Shown: positions 10,571 to 19,903 of the stretch, one piece after another | Numbering within the stretch: position 1 is the stretch's first letter | How the letters are laid out: every line of letters starts with the position of its first letter | NCBI GenBank assembly: GCA_965219995.1 | Contig: CBDCOX010000002.1 | Location: 4,064,001 to 4,128,000, forward strand | Source of the DNA: Candidatus Latescibacterota bacterium | Lineage (GTDB): Bacteria > Latescibacterota > UBA2968 > GCA-2709665 | DNA: 64,000 bases | Direction of reading: 5' to 3' | Made by a program: the position numbers and the translations under genes | Notes under the pieces: generated by a model | Told to the model about the DNA's origin: nothing | What the model saw: the letters and a program-made list of their open reading frames with translations, nothing else | Databases searched by the model: none

Positions 10571-10759
10571 ATGGCCGGAACACGGATCGAGACGCTGAAG
10601 GAGATGCACCTGACGACGGACCTCAGGGAGGGGGCGGAGATCGTGGCGCTGTTGAGCGCCGGTGGCGTGACGGCGCTGGCCGATCTGCATCTCACCGGCG
10701 GTCCGGGCCTTCTGGCAGGCACGGACAGGGGTGTGATCACCGCGTTGAGCCGGGCATGA
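10571..10759 (+). pseudogene. 62-aa internally deleted paralogue of the 1222-aa protein at 14048
   Basis: N-terminal LKEMHLTTDLREGAEI is identical to the start of the 1222-aa protein. C-terminal GVTALADLHLTGGPGLLAGTDRGVITALS aligns with its end GVTVLSRLSSPGKPGLLVGTDGGILCALS. RBS GAGGA present. Confidence 0.7.
10596..10643 (+). repeat. 48-bp exact direct repeat, second copy at 14073..14120
   Basis: TGAAGGAGATGCACCTGACGACGGACCTCAGGGAGGGGGCGGAGATCG occurs at both positions. Confidence 0.95.
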
Positions 10760-13509
10760 TGCGTGTCGTTTCGAAATCCGGACGGGCAGTGGTCTGCATA
10801 CTCGCTGCCTCGGTGTCGGTTGCATGGAGTTCGAGTTTCGGGGGTGAACGTGTGAACATCCGGGACCTGCTGCAAGACCGGGGGATCAGCGGGGCGTTGC
10901 TGGAGGCCGAACGCACGCATCCCTACCTTTTCTTCTCGGCCGAAGACGTGCCGCGTCTGCGCGAAATGGCAAGAAGGGAGCCGTACCGGACGTGCGCCGA
11001 GGGGATCGTCCGGGCGGCCAGGCTGACGCTGAAAAACCCGATTCCGCAAGAACCTCCCGCGGGAGCGGCCGACAGCCGGTTACCCGATGGCAGTTACGAC
11101 GAGTCGTTTCTGAAGTCGACCTACGACTTTCTGTCCTACGCGTACGCGATGCAATACTACGGTCCGTTGTACGCGTTCGCTTACCTGCTGACAGAGGAGG
11201 AGGTCTTCGCGCAACGCGCCAAGGCGTGGGCGCTGGCGTACGCGGGCTGGGAGAACTGGGGTCCGGCGGCCGATCCCTGGGATATGGAGGCGGCCATGAT
11301 CCTGTCGGGAGCGGTGATTGTCTACGATTGGATTCACGATCGGTTCTCCCCGGCGGAACGTGAACGTCTGCTTGCGGGACTGCGCGAGAAAGGGCAGAAG
11401 CTGTGCGAGAAGGATGCGTACTGGCTGACGCGGGACCCGGCGGCGCGACGCGGGTCCCTTGCGAACAACCACAGATGGCGGAGCATACCGCTCGAGGGAC
11501 TGGCGGGGCTGGGGCTGCTCTACGAGGTCGAGGAGGCGAGGGACTGGCTGGATATGGGGCTTGTGCTCACGCGGGATTACCTGCTGCCGGCGGCCTATGG
11601 GAGAGACGGCGAACGGATGGAGGGACGGGGCTGGCTGGGGGTCTGTCTGAGCGACGGGGGGCGGTTCATGGAGGCGCTGGTCCGAAACGGAGGGCCGGAC
11701 CTGTTCGATAGCGGGCCGCTGCGGCGGTTGTCGCACTTTCTGATTTTCGGCATGGAGATGTACCGGTCGCGCGGGCACTTTAACGAGCGGGCGGGCCTTC
11801 TGGCGCATGCCGGAAGGCTTCGGGATCCTGCGCTTCAATGGCTGGCCCTGAAGCACGATCTGGAGCCCGATATGGAGGGTTACCCGGCGTACTGGTACAA
11901 CCGGAATAAAGTTCTCTATCAGCCTGAAACCCTTTATACGGTTTCTCTGCGTTGGGATGCCTGGAACGGCGGGATGCAGATCGAAGTGAACGGCGTCGTT
12001 CGGGACCGGCAGGAGATCGAATGCGTGGAAGGGATCGACAGGGTCGCGTTTCAGGTCGAGGGCGACCGGGTGGAAATCGTCTCTTTTGAGGTCCTCGACG
12101 CCGCCGGAAGTGTCGTGGATCGCCTGGACGGTCCGGTCGTGCTGACGGATGAACGCGGGGAGACGTCCCTCGGGTTCGGCAGCCTTCGCACCGGCGAGAT
12201 CCGGGCTTCCCTCCGCAAGGACCGGTCCGACGCGGGGCAGGCAGTGATGATGCTGACGTCCGGAGGGCGGCGCGTGAGGGGCATCGCATTCACGGATGAC
12301 CACGAGATCGCCAAGGCGGTTGAGGAGTTGGACGGAACGTATACACTGGGAATTGCGGCGGCGAAGGGACTCTATTTCCACGGGCCCTGGGAGTTCCTGT
12401 TCTATAACGAGAGCCTGGCGCCGGCGGCCCCGAAGAAGGATGCGACCGGGTTTCACTTCCGGGACCTGGGGTTGGTGAAGTTGCACGACACGCTGCATGC
12501 GGACGGGGTGCACGTCACGTTCACGTCCGGTCCGGAAGTGAGTAAGGAGCAGGGGGACAAGAATGGGTTTACGCTCACCGCGTTCGGGGAGCGCCTATTG
12601 ACCCGGCTGCGGACCCCGAAGACCGGGGAGGCGGTGCTGACGCAGGCGCAGTACGATCTGACGGCGTGGTACGAGGGCACACCGGGGCGAAACACCATCC
12701 TGGTGGATGGACGGGGGCAACCGACGGTTCACGAGGAAAGTCCGGTGCCGCGTGAGTACGAGCTGCAGTGGCTGGGAGGAGAGGACGTCGCGAAGAGTGG
12801 CCGGATCGAGGAGACCTTCTTTTCCGCGGACTACGATTACGTGCGAGGAGAGGCGGCGCGCGCGTACCGTCCCCTGCTGGAGACCTACCGTCGACAACTG
12901 ATGTTCCTGAAGCCGCACGACGATCCTGACCTGCGGTACCTGTTGCTGTTCGATGAGATCGAAACCGCGGGAGGGCGCCCCAGACAGATCGAGTGGCGGC
13001 TGCTGAGCCCGTACGGAAGTGTGACAATCACAGGCGCGACTTCCAGGATCGAGGGGCGCGCGGCGGCGTTACACGTGAAGCACCTCTGGCCGGAGGCGTC
13101 GACCGTCAGGATCGATTCCACGCCCGCGCCGCGTGATGCGGACCGGCTGCCCTATCTCCGGTTTCCAACGCCGGAGCCGGTGCAAAGGGTAAACTATCTT
13201 CACCTGCTTCAGCCGCTCCGTTCCAGTGAGGCTGAACCGGTTTCGGCGAAGCGGGTGACGGGGCATGGCGGGATCGGCGTCCGGGTAAGCGGCCCTGACG
13301 TGACCGCTCTGGCGGTCTTCAGAACTGGAGATGAAACAGTTACCGCGGGCGGGCTGATCACGGACGCCCGCGCCAGTCTGGTGCGTTGGCGAAAGGACGG
13401 AGGCGGGTCGGTCGTCCTGCACGGCGGGACGTTTGCCGAACTGGACGGAAGACGCGTCTTCAATTCCGACGATGCGGTGAGCGTTCTGGTGGAGTTGCCG
13501 GTTGAGTAG
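10756..13509 (+). CDS. Heparinase II/III-like polysaccharide-lyase-fold protein (alpha/alpha toroid plus beta-sandwich, DUF4962-like N-terminus)
   Basis: HPYLFF motif, NNH motif, NTILVDGRGQ, DYVRGEA..AY, LLFDEI; signal-peptide-like N-terminus. Confidence 0.7.
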   Translation: MMRVVSKSGRAVVCILAASVSVAWSSSFGGERVNIRDLLQDRGISGALLEAERTHPYLFFSAEDVPRLREMARREPYRTCAEGIVRAARLTLKNPIPQEPPAGAADSRLPDGSYDESFLKSTYDFLSYAYAMQYYGPLYAFAYLLTEEEVFAQRAKAWALAYAGWENWGPAADPWDMEAAMILSGAVIVYDWIHDRFSPAERERLLAGLREKGQKLCEKDAYWLTRDPAARRGSLANNHRWRSIPLEGLAGLGLLYEVEEARDWLDMGLVLTRDYLLPAAYGRDGERMEGRGWLGVCLSDGGRFMEALVRNGGPDLFDSGPLRRLSHFLIFGMEMYRSRGHFNERAGLLAHAGRLRDPALQWLALKHDLEPDMEGYPAYWYNRNKVLYQPETLYTVSLRWDAWNGGMQIEVNGVVRDRQEIECVEGIDRVAFQVEGDRVEIVSFEVLDAAGSVVDRLDGPVVLTDERGETSLGFGSLRTGEIRASLRKDRSDAGQAVMMLTSGGRRVRGIAFTDDHEIAKAVEELDGTYTLGIAAAKGLYFHGPWEFLFYNESLAPAAPKKDATGFHFRDLGLVKLHDTLHADGVHVTFTSGPEVSKEQGDKNGFTLTAFGERLLTRLRTPKTGEAVLTQAQYDLTAWYEGTPGRNTILVDGRGQPTVHEESPVPREYELQWLGGEDVAKSGRIEETFFSADYDYVRGEAARAYRPLLETYRRQLMFLKPHDDPDLRYLLLFDEIETAGGRPRQIEWRLLSPYGSVTITGATSRIEGRAAALHVKHLWPEASTVRIDSTPAPRDADRLPYLRFPTPEPVQRVNYLHLLQPLRSSEAEPVSAKRVTGHGGIGVRVSGPDVTALAVFRTGDETVTAGGLITDARASLVRWRKDGGGSVVLHGGTFAELDGRRVFNSDDAVSVLVELPVE

Positions 13510-13575
13510 TCGATTGCGTGACTTCGTGTGGTGGGCGAACCCGGGCGACGACGTCCGGTACAACGCCGCGGTTGT

Positions 13576-13626
13576 TCAGGCCGCATCTTTGACGTCGTAG
13601 AGATATTTCAGCATCTCAGCGTCCAT
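13576..13626 (-). pseudogene. 16-codon stub of a HEPN/DUF86-type toxin
   Basis: MDAEMLKYLYDVKDAA-stop overlaps the MNT 3' end and resembles the DUF86 N-terminal helix (KYLxD..xA). Confidence 0.55.
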
Positions 13627-13912
13627 AGATGTTCATCCTTTCGTCAAGGATGCTGCGACGAAAGTAGGGGTTCTTGAGTCCGTTGAATGTAAGCAGATCT
13701 ACTCTGCAATTCAGCTTGTCCTCAAGATGGTGAAGAAGCCCGAAAAACCTCGTCGAAGGCAGCGTCGTTGGGTCTTCAAACTCCACGATTAGATCCACGT
13801 CGCTGACAGCAGTCCCCTGGTCTCGGCTCAGAGATCCAAAGAGATCCAGTCTTTTCACCCTGAATTCCCGACACGCCGGCCCTGCGATTTCTTTTATTCT
13901 CTCAATTGTCAC
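13616..13912 (-). CDS. Minimal nucleotidyltransferase (MNT antitoxin family)
   Basis: GTG start at 13912 after GGAGA; about 98 aa; LFGS..R...SDVDLIV and VDL..LKNPY motifs; lower GC than its flanks. Confidence 0.85.
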   Translation of the reverse strand: MTIERIKEIAGPACREFRVKRLDLFGSLSRDQGTAVSDVDLIVEFEDPTTLPSTRFFGLLHHLEDKLNCRVDLLTFNGLKNPYFRRSILDERMNIYGR

Positions 13913-14047
13913 CGGCAGGAATCTCCGAATTGAGGTAAAGATACTATTACCATTAAGATACGCGAATCGACGCAAACTGTCACGCACATTCCGCGCATAC
14001 AAACGCGAAATCCCTGTACTCTGGAATTCCATCAATAGGAATGTACA

Positions 14048-17000
14048 TTGGCCGAGCGAAAGATCGACAGGTTGAAGGAGATGCACCTGACGACGGACCT
14101 CAGGGAGGGGGCGGAGATCGCGGCGCCGGTGGACCCGGACTGGGCGCCTCTTGGCAGGCGGTTTCAGGAGATGGTCCGCGCGCATGCGGGAGTGGACCTG
14201 GCTGTCGTGGATCCGGCCTGCCTGCCGCCCCTGCCCGACGGCCGCCACCGCGTCCTGCTGGGCAATGCGATGGTAAACGACTCGATCATGGCGCTGTACC
14301 GGCGGCAATACGCGTACGTGGACGAGTTTTATCCGGGAGGGGACGGGTATGCGGTCCGGACGGTGCACAACCCGGAGAACTGCGGCCGCAACGTGCTGCT
14401 GGTGGGCGCAAGCAGCGTGGAGGGCGCGGCCGCGGCGCTCGAGGCGCTGGAGGGCGTCCTAAAGGAGACCGGTGGGCGTCTGGGGTATACCAATCTGTCG
14501 CAGTCGGAGGTCCACCAAACGCTCCTGCCGGAGATGACGCCGGATGCGTTCCGGGCGTGGGTGGCGGAAATGTACCGGGACAATCTCAGCTATTACCCGG
14601 TGGAGCAGGCGACGTTCCTGGGGCTGGTCCACCATCTGACGAACGATCCCGGCTGCGCCCGGATGTTCCGGGATGCCCTGTTTTACTACGAGGACCTGGT
14701 GAGGAACCGCTACGGTGGGAACTGGCTGTTCGAGCATATGCTGTTCATCTATTCCTGGGCATGGCGGCTGTTCATGGTCTGGGACCTCATAGAGGAAAGC
14801 GATGCGTTTACGGACGTGGAACGACTCCGCATCACCAATGTATTGTGGGGACTGGCGAATTACGTGGCCGGTACGCGCTATTTCGAGGGCGAGACGCCGC
14901 CCCCGTCCGAGATCCGGCAGAACCACTGGACGTTTGCGGGGCTGAGCGGGTCGTTCTGCGCACGGTATTTCGAGGATTATTACGGGATCGGGAGATTCGA
15001 GAAGCAGATCCGGTTCTCGCAGGCGGTTTTCGACGGTCAGGCGGACAGCTACAAGCCGAACGACGACGCGGGAGGCGGATGGTGGGGTTACTGCTGGTTG
15101 GCGCCATATCACCAGGTAATCTACGATCTGAAGCGGGACGACTTCCGCTTCCTGGAGAACGGCCAGCTTCGCGCCTTTGCCGACTACGGCATCCAGGTGA
15201 CGGACAATCTCGGCGTGCCGGTGAGCTTTGGCGATATGTGGTCCTACGTTGAGCAGGGACGTTATGCGGTGGCGCTGAAGAGCAAGACCATCTCGCTCGA
15301 GTTGGCAATGGCCCTGTGTACGGCGGCCTGGTACTATGAGGACGGGAGCTATCTGTGGGCGCTGGACTGGATGGGGGGCGCGCCGTATCCGGGCTGTTTC
15401 TACAGGGCGCTGCCGAAGCGGCCGCCCGACCGGCTGACCGGGGTCACCGTTGCGCCGTTCAACCGTTCGCTCTACGACTGGGTGGAGCGTTACGCGCCGA
15501 CCGGAGCGAACGTGCCGATCGAAGAGGCGTTCGACAAGCTGGTCCTGCGCGGTGGGTTCGACAGGGACGACGAATATCTGTTGCTGGACGGGACGTCGAC
15601 GTTCGCGCACGGACACGAGGACGGCAACTCGATCGGGCGGCTGACGTGGAAGGGGCGGATGTGGCTGGCGGAACTGGACTACATCTGGAAGCGGCCCCGG
15701 CACCACTGTTCCGTTGTGTCGATCTGTGGTGGCGAAACCGCGCCGATGCCGCCGCTGGTGGCGTTGAAGTGGGCGGAGGCGTTCGGCGGGACGTCATTGA
15801 CGCGCACCGTTGCGCCCGGATATAACGGCCTGGACTGGACGCGGGATATCTTCTGGGTAAAGGGCCGGTTCTTTCTGGTTGCGGACTCGCTAAGGCTGCT
15901 TCGTGACGCGGATTACGATCTCAAGTGCCTCTGGCGGACGCTTGGCGACATCCGGCAGAAAGGTCGTGAGCTGATCGTGGAACAGGAGGGAGTACACTTC
16001 CGGATTCTGAACGCGGACGATTCGGAACCGTCCCTCCTGACGGAAGAAGCCCGCGTTGCCGGAACCGACCCATACGAATTGTACCCGTACGCGGACGGCC
16101 CGATCCGGATTTTCAGCCAGCACAAGGCGCTGCATGGCCGTCCCGGAGACGTGGAGCGATTCTTCAACCTGATGGCGGCGGGGTCGGAGGCGGAGATCGA
16201 TGCATGGCGAATCGATCGCATCGAAGAGGGCCTTGTGAAGGCGGCGCATCCGGACGGGTCCACTGTCGTGGGTGTTGTCGACGGGGAGGCGGAGATAGGA
16301 GGCTTAAGGATCGCCGCCGAGGTCGTGGTGCTGACCGAAACGTCCGTAGTGCTGCTCGACGCGACGGTTCTCCGGGCGGATGACGCCATGTTCGAGAGCG
16401 AGGCTCCGGTGCATCTGGCTCTGTATCCAGGTGAGAGACGCGGGGAAGTTCGTGTAAGGGAAGAGATTGGCGTCCGAACCAGGGGCGTCTCTTTTGACGG
16501 GGCGGGACCTGCACCGGACAGCCTTCCGGCCGGGACGCACGAGATCAGCATCGAAACCGGCCTTCAGGATGTCATTCACGAGGCCCTTCGGGCCGGCACG
16601 CCCTACGTACATCGAAGAGCGCCGAGAGCGCATGGGTTTGTCCCGAAGGATATGTCCATCGCGCGTCTCTGGGAAGCGCAGGTCGGGGGACCGGTCCGGT
16701 GTATCGAAGCGAGGGGTGAATCGACAGCCGTCGGCACAGCCGCGGGACAGGTGCTTTTGCTGGACCGGGAAGCGCGAGTCAGATGGACGCGCGAGACCGG
16801 CGCCGGGGTGCGCGCCGTGCATCTCACCGGCCTGGGGGAAGGACGCCTTCTGGCCGGCGGCCGGGACCGTGCGTTGACGATGTTCGATGCCGACGGGGAG
16901 ATTTGTTGGCGACGGGCGTTCTCAGAGTCTCACGGGGTGGACCAGAATGTGAACGCGGTGACGACGGCGGACCTGACCGGCGATGGAAAACCGGTCATCC

Positions 17001-17716
17001 TGACGGCGACGGACGGCTGGCTGGTGTGGGCGCTGGCGCCGGATGGCGAGGAAGTCTGGCAGCGGCAGATCGAACACCACGCCGCACGGACCCTGGTGAT
17101 CGGAGACGTGGAGGGCGACGGAAAGCAGGAAATCCTGGTGGGCGCCGAATATTACACGTCGAATCTGCTGGAGTCCGACGGAAGGATCCGGTGGACGGTG
17201 AACGGGGGCCCCTGTTTTTCGGCCCTGGCCCTCGCGGACCTGAACGGCGACGGAGTGAAGGAAGCGATTTACGGGGCCATGGACGGGAACGTCTACGCGG
17301 TGGATTCAATATCCGGAAAGATCCTCTGGACGGCCAACCTGGGAGACGACGTCCGTCACGGCGTGACGGTTGGTGGGAAGGGATTCGCGGCGGGAAGTGA
17401 GAGCGGCCACGTGGCGCTGCTGAACGGCCGGGGCAAGAAGCGCTGGCGACGCGACCTGGACGGCGGCGTGACGGGAATGGTTCTTCTGGAGGCCGCCGGC
17501 GAAAAGATGATCGCGGCGGGGACCTCCGACGGGTGGGTCGTGTTCCTGTCCATCGATGGGGAGGTTCTCGGCAGCCACCGCATGGCAGCGGGCGTGACCG
17601 TGTTATCCCGCCTGTCGTCGCCCGGGAAGCCCGGTCTGCTGGTGGGGACGGACGGGGGCATATTGTGCGCGCTCAGTACCGGTGCGGCGCCTTTGGAATT
17701 GCGAATGAATCCGTGA
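14048..17716 (+). CDS. 1222-aa heparinase II/III-like protein with C-terminal PQQ/FG-GAP beta-propeller
   Basis: QNHW and HGHEDGNSI motifs; C-terminal DLTGDG, DVEGDG and DLNGDG repeats with Trp-ended propeller blades. Confidence 0.65.
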   Translation: MAERKIDRLKEMHLTTDLREGAEIAAPVDPDWAPLGRRFQEMVRAHAGVDLAVVDPACLPPLPDGRHRVLLGNAMVNDSIMALYRRQYAYVDEFYPGGDGYAVRTVHNPENCGRNVLLVGASSVEGAAAALEALEGVLKETGGRLGYTNLSQSEVHQTLLPEMTPDAFRAWVAEMYRDNLSYYPVEQATFLGLVHHLTNDPGCARMFRDALFYYEDLVRNRYGGNWLFEHMLFIYSWAWRLFMVWDLIEESDAFTDVERLRITNVLWGLANYVAGTRYFEGETPPPSEIRQNHWTFAGLSGSFCARYFEDYYGIGRFEKQIRFSQAVFDGQADSYKPNDDAGGGWWGYCWLAPYHQVIYDLKRDDFRFLENGQLRAFADYGIQVTDNLGVPVSFGDMWSYVEQGRYAVALKSKTISLELAMALCTAAWYYEDGSYLWALDWMGGAPYPGCFYRALPKRPPDRLTGVTVAPFNRSLYDWVERYAPTGANVPIEEAFDKLVLRGGFDRDDEYLLLDGTSTFAHGHEDGNSIGRLTWKGRMWLAELDYIWKRPRHHCSVVSICGGETAPMPPLVALKWAEAFGGTSLTRTVAPGYNGLDWTRDIFWVKGRFFLVADSLRLLRDADYDLKCLWRTLGDIRQKGRELIVEQEGVHFRILNADDSEPSLLTEEARVAGTDPYELYPYADGPIRIFSQHKALHGRPGDVERFFNLMAAGSEAEIDAWRIDRIEEGLVKAAHPDGSTVVGVVDGEAEIGGLRIAAEVVVLTETSVVLLDATVLRADDAMFESEAPVHLALYPGERRGEVRVREEIGVRTRGVSFDGAGPAPDSLPAGTHEISIETGLQDVIHEALRAGTPYVHRRAPRAHGFVPKDMSIARLWEAQVGGPVRCIEARGESTAVGTAAGQVLLLDREARVRWTRETGAGVRAVHLTGLGEGRLLAGGRDRALTMFDADGEICWRRAFSESHGVDQNVNAVTTADLTGDGKPVILTATDGWLVWALAPDGEEVWQRQIEHHAARTLVIGDVEGDGKQEILVGAEYYTSNLLESDGRIRWTVNGGPCFSALALADLNGDGVKEAIYGAMDGNVYAVDSISGKILWTANLGDDVRHGVTVGGKGFAAGSESGHVALLNGRGKKRWRRDLDGGVTGMVLLEAAGEKMIAAGTSDGWVVFLSIDGEVLGSHRMAAGVTVLSRLSSPGKPGLLVGTDGGILCALSTGAAPLELRMNP

Positions 17717-17801
17717 TCGCATAAATTAGGGGGTCACTCGACCCGCGCCCGATCAACGCGGCATTGCACCGTCGTCAAACCCGCATTCGGAGAACGATTC
17801 G

Positions 17802-18743
17802 ATGAAATTTGCACTCGTCCTGAGTCCCCTCAATGAAGAACGAATGGCCCTGGCCCGCCAGATCGGCGTGACCGACCTGGTAACCACACTCCCCAATGGC
17901 GGCCCAATCTGGGACTTTGACGCCATTGTACACCACAAGCAGCGCATTGCCGACGCGGGTCTCACGTGGTCCGTGGTGGAGTCTGTCCCGATCTCGAACC
18001 GCGTCACGCTGGGTCTGGACGGCCGGGACGAAGACATCGACGCGTACTGCCAGACCATCCGCAACCTGGGCGCGGCCGGAATCGGGATCATGTGCTGGAA
18101 CTGGATGGCTGTGTTCAACTGGATGCGCACCTCCTTTACGACGCGAGGACGGGGCGATGCATTTGTAAGCAGCTACGATGACACGCTGATGCAGGACGCG
18201 CCCCCGACGAATTACGGGGAAATCAGTGAAGAGCTGCTGTGGGAAACCCTGGAGTATTTTCTCGAACGGGTCATCCCGGTGGCCGAGGAAGCTGGCGTCA
18301 AACAGGCGCTGCATCCCGACGATCCGCCCCTGTCGCCCGTTCGGGGAATCGGCCGCATCATCACCAGCGTGGACGCGTTCCAGCGCGTCGTCGACATGGT
18401 TCCCAGCGACTATAACGGAATTACCTTCTGCCAGGGCAACTTCGCGGCGATGGGAGCTGACGTGCCGACCGCCATCCGCCGGTTTGCGGACAAGATCCAC
18501 TTTTCCCACTTCCGCGACGTGAGAGGCACCGTGCCCAGCTTCGAGGAAACCTTCCACGACGAGGGCGACACGGACATGGCGGAGTGCATCCGGGCGTATA
18601 AAGACATCGGTTTCACCGGCCCCATCCGCCCCGACCACGTTCCCGTGCTGTCCGGCGAGGCAAACGACCCGCCCGGTTACACCCTGATGGGCAGGCTCTA
18701 TGCCATCGGCTATATGAAAGGGCTGCTTGACGGTACGGCCTGA
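17802..18743 (+). CDS. uxuA: Mannonate dehydratase
   Basis: WSVVESVP, ALHPDDPP, NGITFCQGNF, HFRDVRG, IRPDHVP, GRLYAIGY motifs. Confidence 0.92.
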   Translation: MKFALVLSPLNEERMALARQIGVTDLVTTLPNGGPIWDFDAIVHHKQRIADAGLTWSVVESVPISNRVTLGLDGRDEDIDAYCQTIRNLGAAGIGIMCWNWMAVFNWMRTSFTTRGRGDAFVSSYDDTLMQDAPPTNYGEISEELLWETLEYFLERVIPVAEEAGVKQALHPDDPPLSPVRGIGRIITSVDAFQRVVDMVPSDYNGITFCQGNFAAMGADVPTAIRRFADKIHFSHFRDVRGTVPSFEETFHDEGDTDMAECIRAYKDIGFTGPIRPDHVPVLSGEANDPPGYTLMGRLYAIGYMKGLLDGTA

Positions 18744-18834
18744 CGCCCTTGCCCGAATCCCGGCGGAGTTGCCCATGAGGGCGGAACCGTCAGATCGAGA
18801 CCAGGCGTATCGTTAGCGGCAGGATCGACAATCC

Positions 18835-19803
18835 ATGCGCGACATCAGAATCGGCGCCGCCCAGTTCGAAGCGAGAGACGCCGATAAGCCGTACAACCTG
18901 TCCCGTATCGAGGCCCTCACGAAGCGGGCAGTCGACGCGGGCGCAGAAGTCGTTTCCTTCCACGAGTGCAGCATTCCCGGTTACACCTTTCTGCAGACCC
19001 TCTCCCGTTCCCGCATCGCCGAACTCGCCGAACCCGTTCCAGGGGGACCCTCCACGAAACGCCTGACCGAAATCGCAAGGGAGTACGACGTCGCCGTGCT
19101 GGCAGGCCTCGTGGAAATCGAAAGCGACACCCTTTACAATACGTACGTCGCCGTGGGTCCGAACGGCTTCATCGCGAAACACCGCAAGCTGCACGCGTTC
19201 ATCAGCAGATTCATCGACTCGGGTGACGCGTTTACCGTCTTCGACCTCTGCGGCTGCCGCGTGGGCATCCTGATCTGTTATGACAACAACCTGCCCGAGA
19301 ACGTGCGCCTGACCGCCATGATGGGCGCCGAAATCGTGTTCATGCCGCACGTCACCTGCGGGCTGCCCTCCTCCATGCCGGGCCGGGGTGTCATCGACCG
19401 CGCCCTGTGGGAGAACCGTCACCGCGATCCCGTGTCCCTCCGCCAGGAGTTCAACGGGCCGAAGGGACGGGGTTGGCTCATGCGCTGGCTGCCGGCGCGG
19501 GCGTACGAGAACGGTGTATACGCCGTATACACCAATCCTATCGGCATCGACCACGACACCGTCAAGAACGGCAATGCGATGATTCTGGACCCGTTCGGTG
19601 AGATCGTGGTCGAATCCGACGCCCTCGAAGACGACGTGGTGGTGGGCCTGCTCACCCCCGAAAAGATACCCGTCTCGTCAGGGTACCGATATCTTCGCGC
19701 GCGCCGCCCCGACCTTTACGGTAAGCTGACGGACCCCCTGCCGTCCGACATGCAGGCGGGCACGAATCCGGGCTGGAAACTGAAGGACCCGGATGATGGC
19801 TAG
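18835..19803 (+). CDS. Nitrilase/carbon-nitrogen hydrolase family protein
   Basis: Glu-Lys-Cys triad motifs: FHEC, HRKLH, ICYD. Confidence 0.9.
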   Translation: MRDIRIGAAQFEARDADKPYNLSRIEALTKRAVDAGAEVVSFHECSIPGYTFLQTLSRSRIAELAEPVPGGPSTKRLTEIAREYDVAVLAGLVEIESDTLYNTYVAVGPNGFIAKHRKLHAFISRFIDSGDAFTVFDLCGCRVGILICYDNNLPENVRLTAMMGAEIVFMPHVTCGLPSSMPGRGVIDRALWENRHRDPVSLRQEFNGPKGRGWLMRWLPARAYENGVYAVYTNPIGIDHDTVKNGNAMILDPFGEIVVESDALEDDVVVGLLTPEKIPVSSGYRYLRARRPDLYGKLTDPLPSDMQAGTNPGWKLKDPDDG

Positions 19804-19816
19804 GCCCTTCGCCGAC

Positions 19817-19840
19817 CCTTCGACAAGCTCAGGGAGCGGC
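19817..19840. repeat. REP-like motif CCCTTCGACAAGCTCAGGG; a related core TTCGACAAGCTCA lies at about 55649
   Basis: Intergenic short imperfect palindrome whose core is seen twice. Confidence 0.45.
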
Positions 19841-19903
19841 TCAGTGCCCGGATCGGCCATCCCTCTCCAACTGGCGCTTACCAGGACCCATTGAAAGGAA
19901 AAG

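Noticed and set aside
10596-14120. Prophage/ICE att sites or a DGR template/variable repeat pair
   Set aside because: The repeat is coding sequence of paralogous gene starts, has no adenine-specific mismatches, and no integrase or reverse transcriptase is present.
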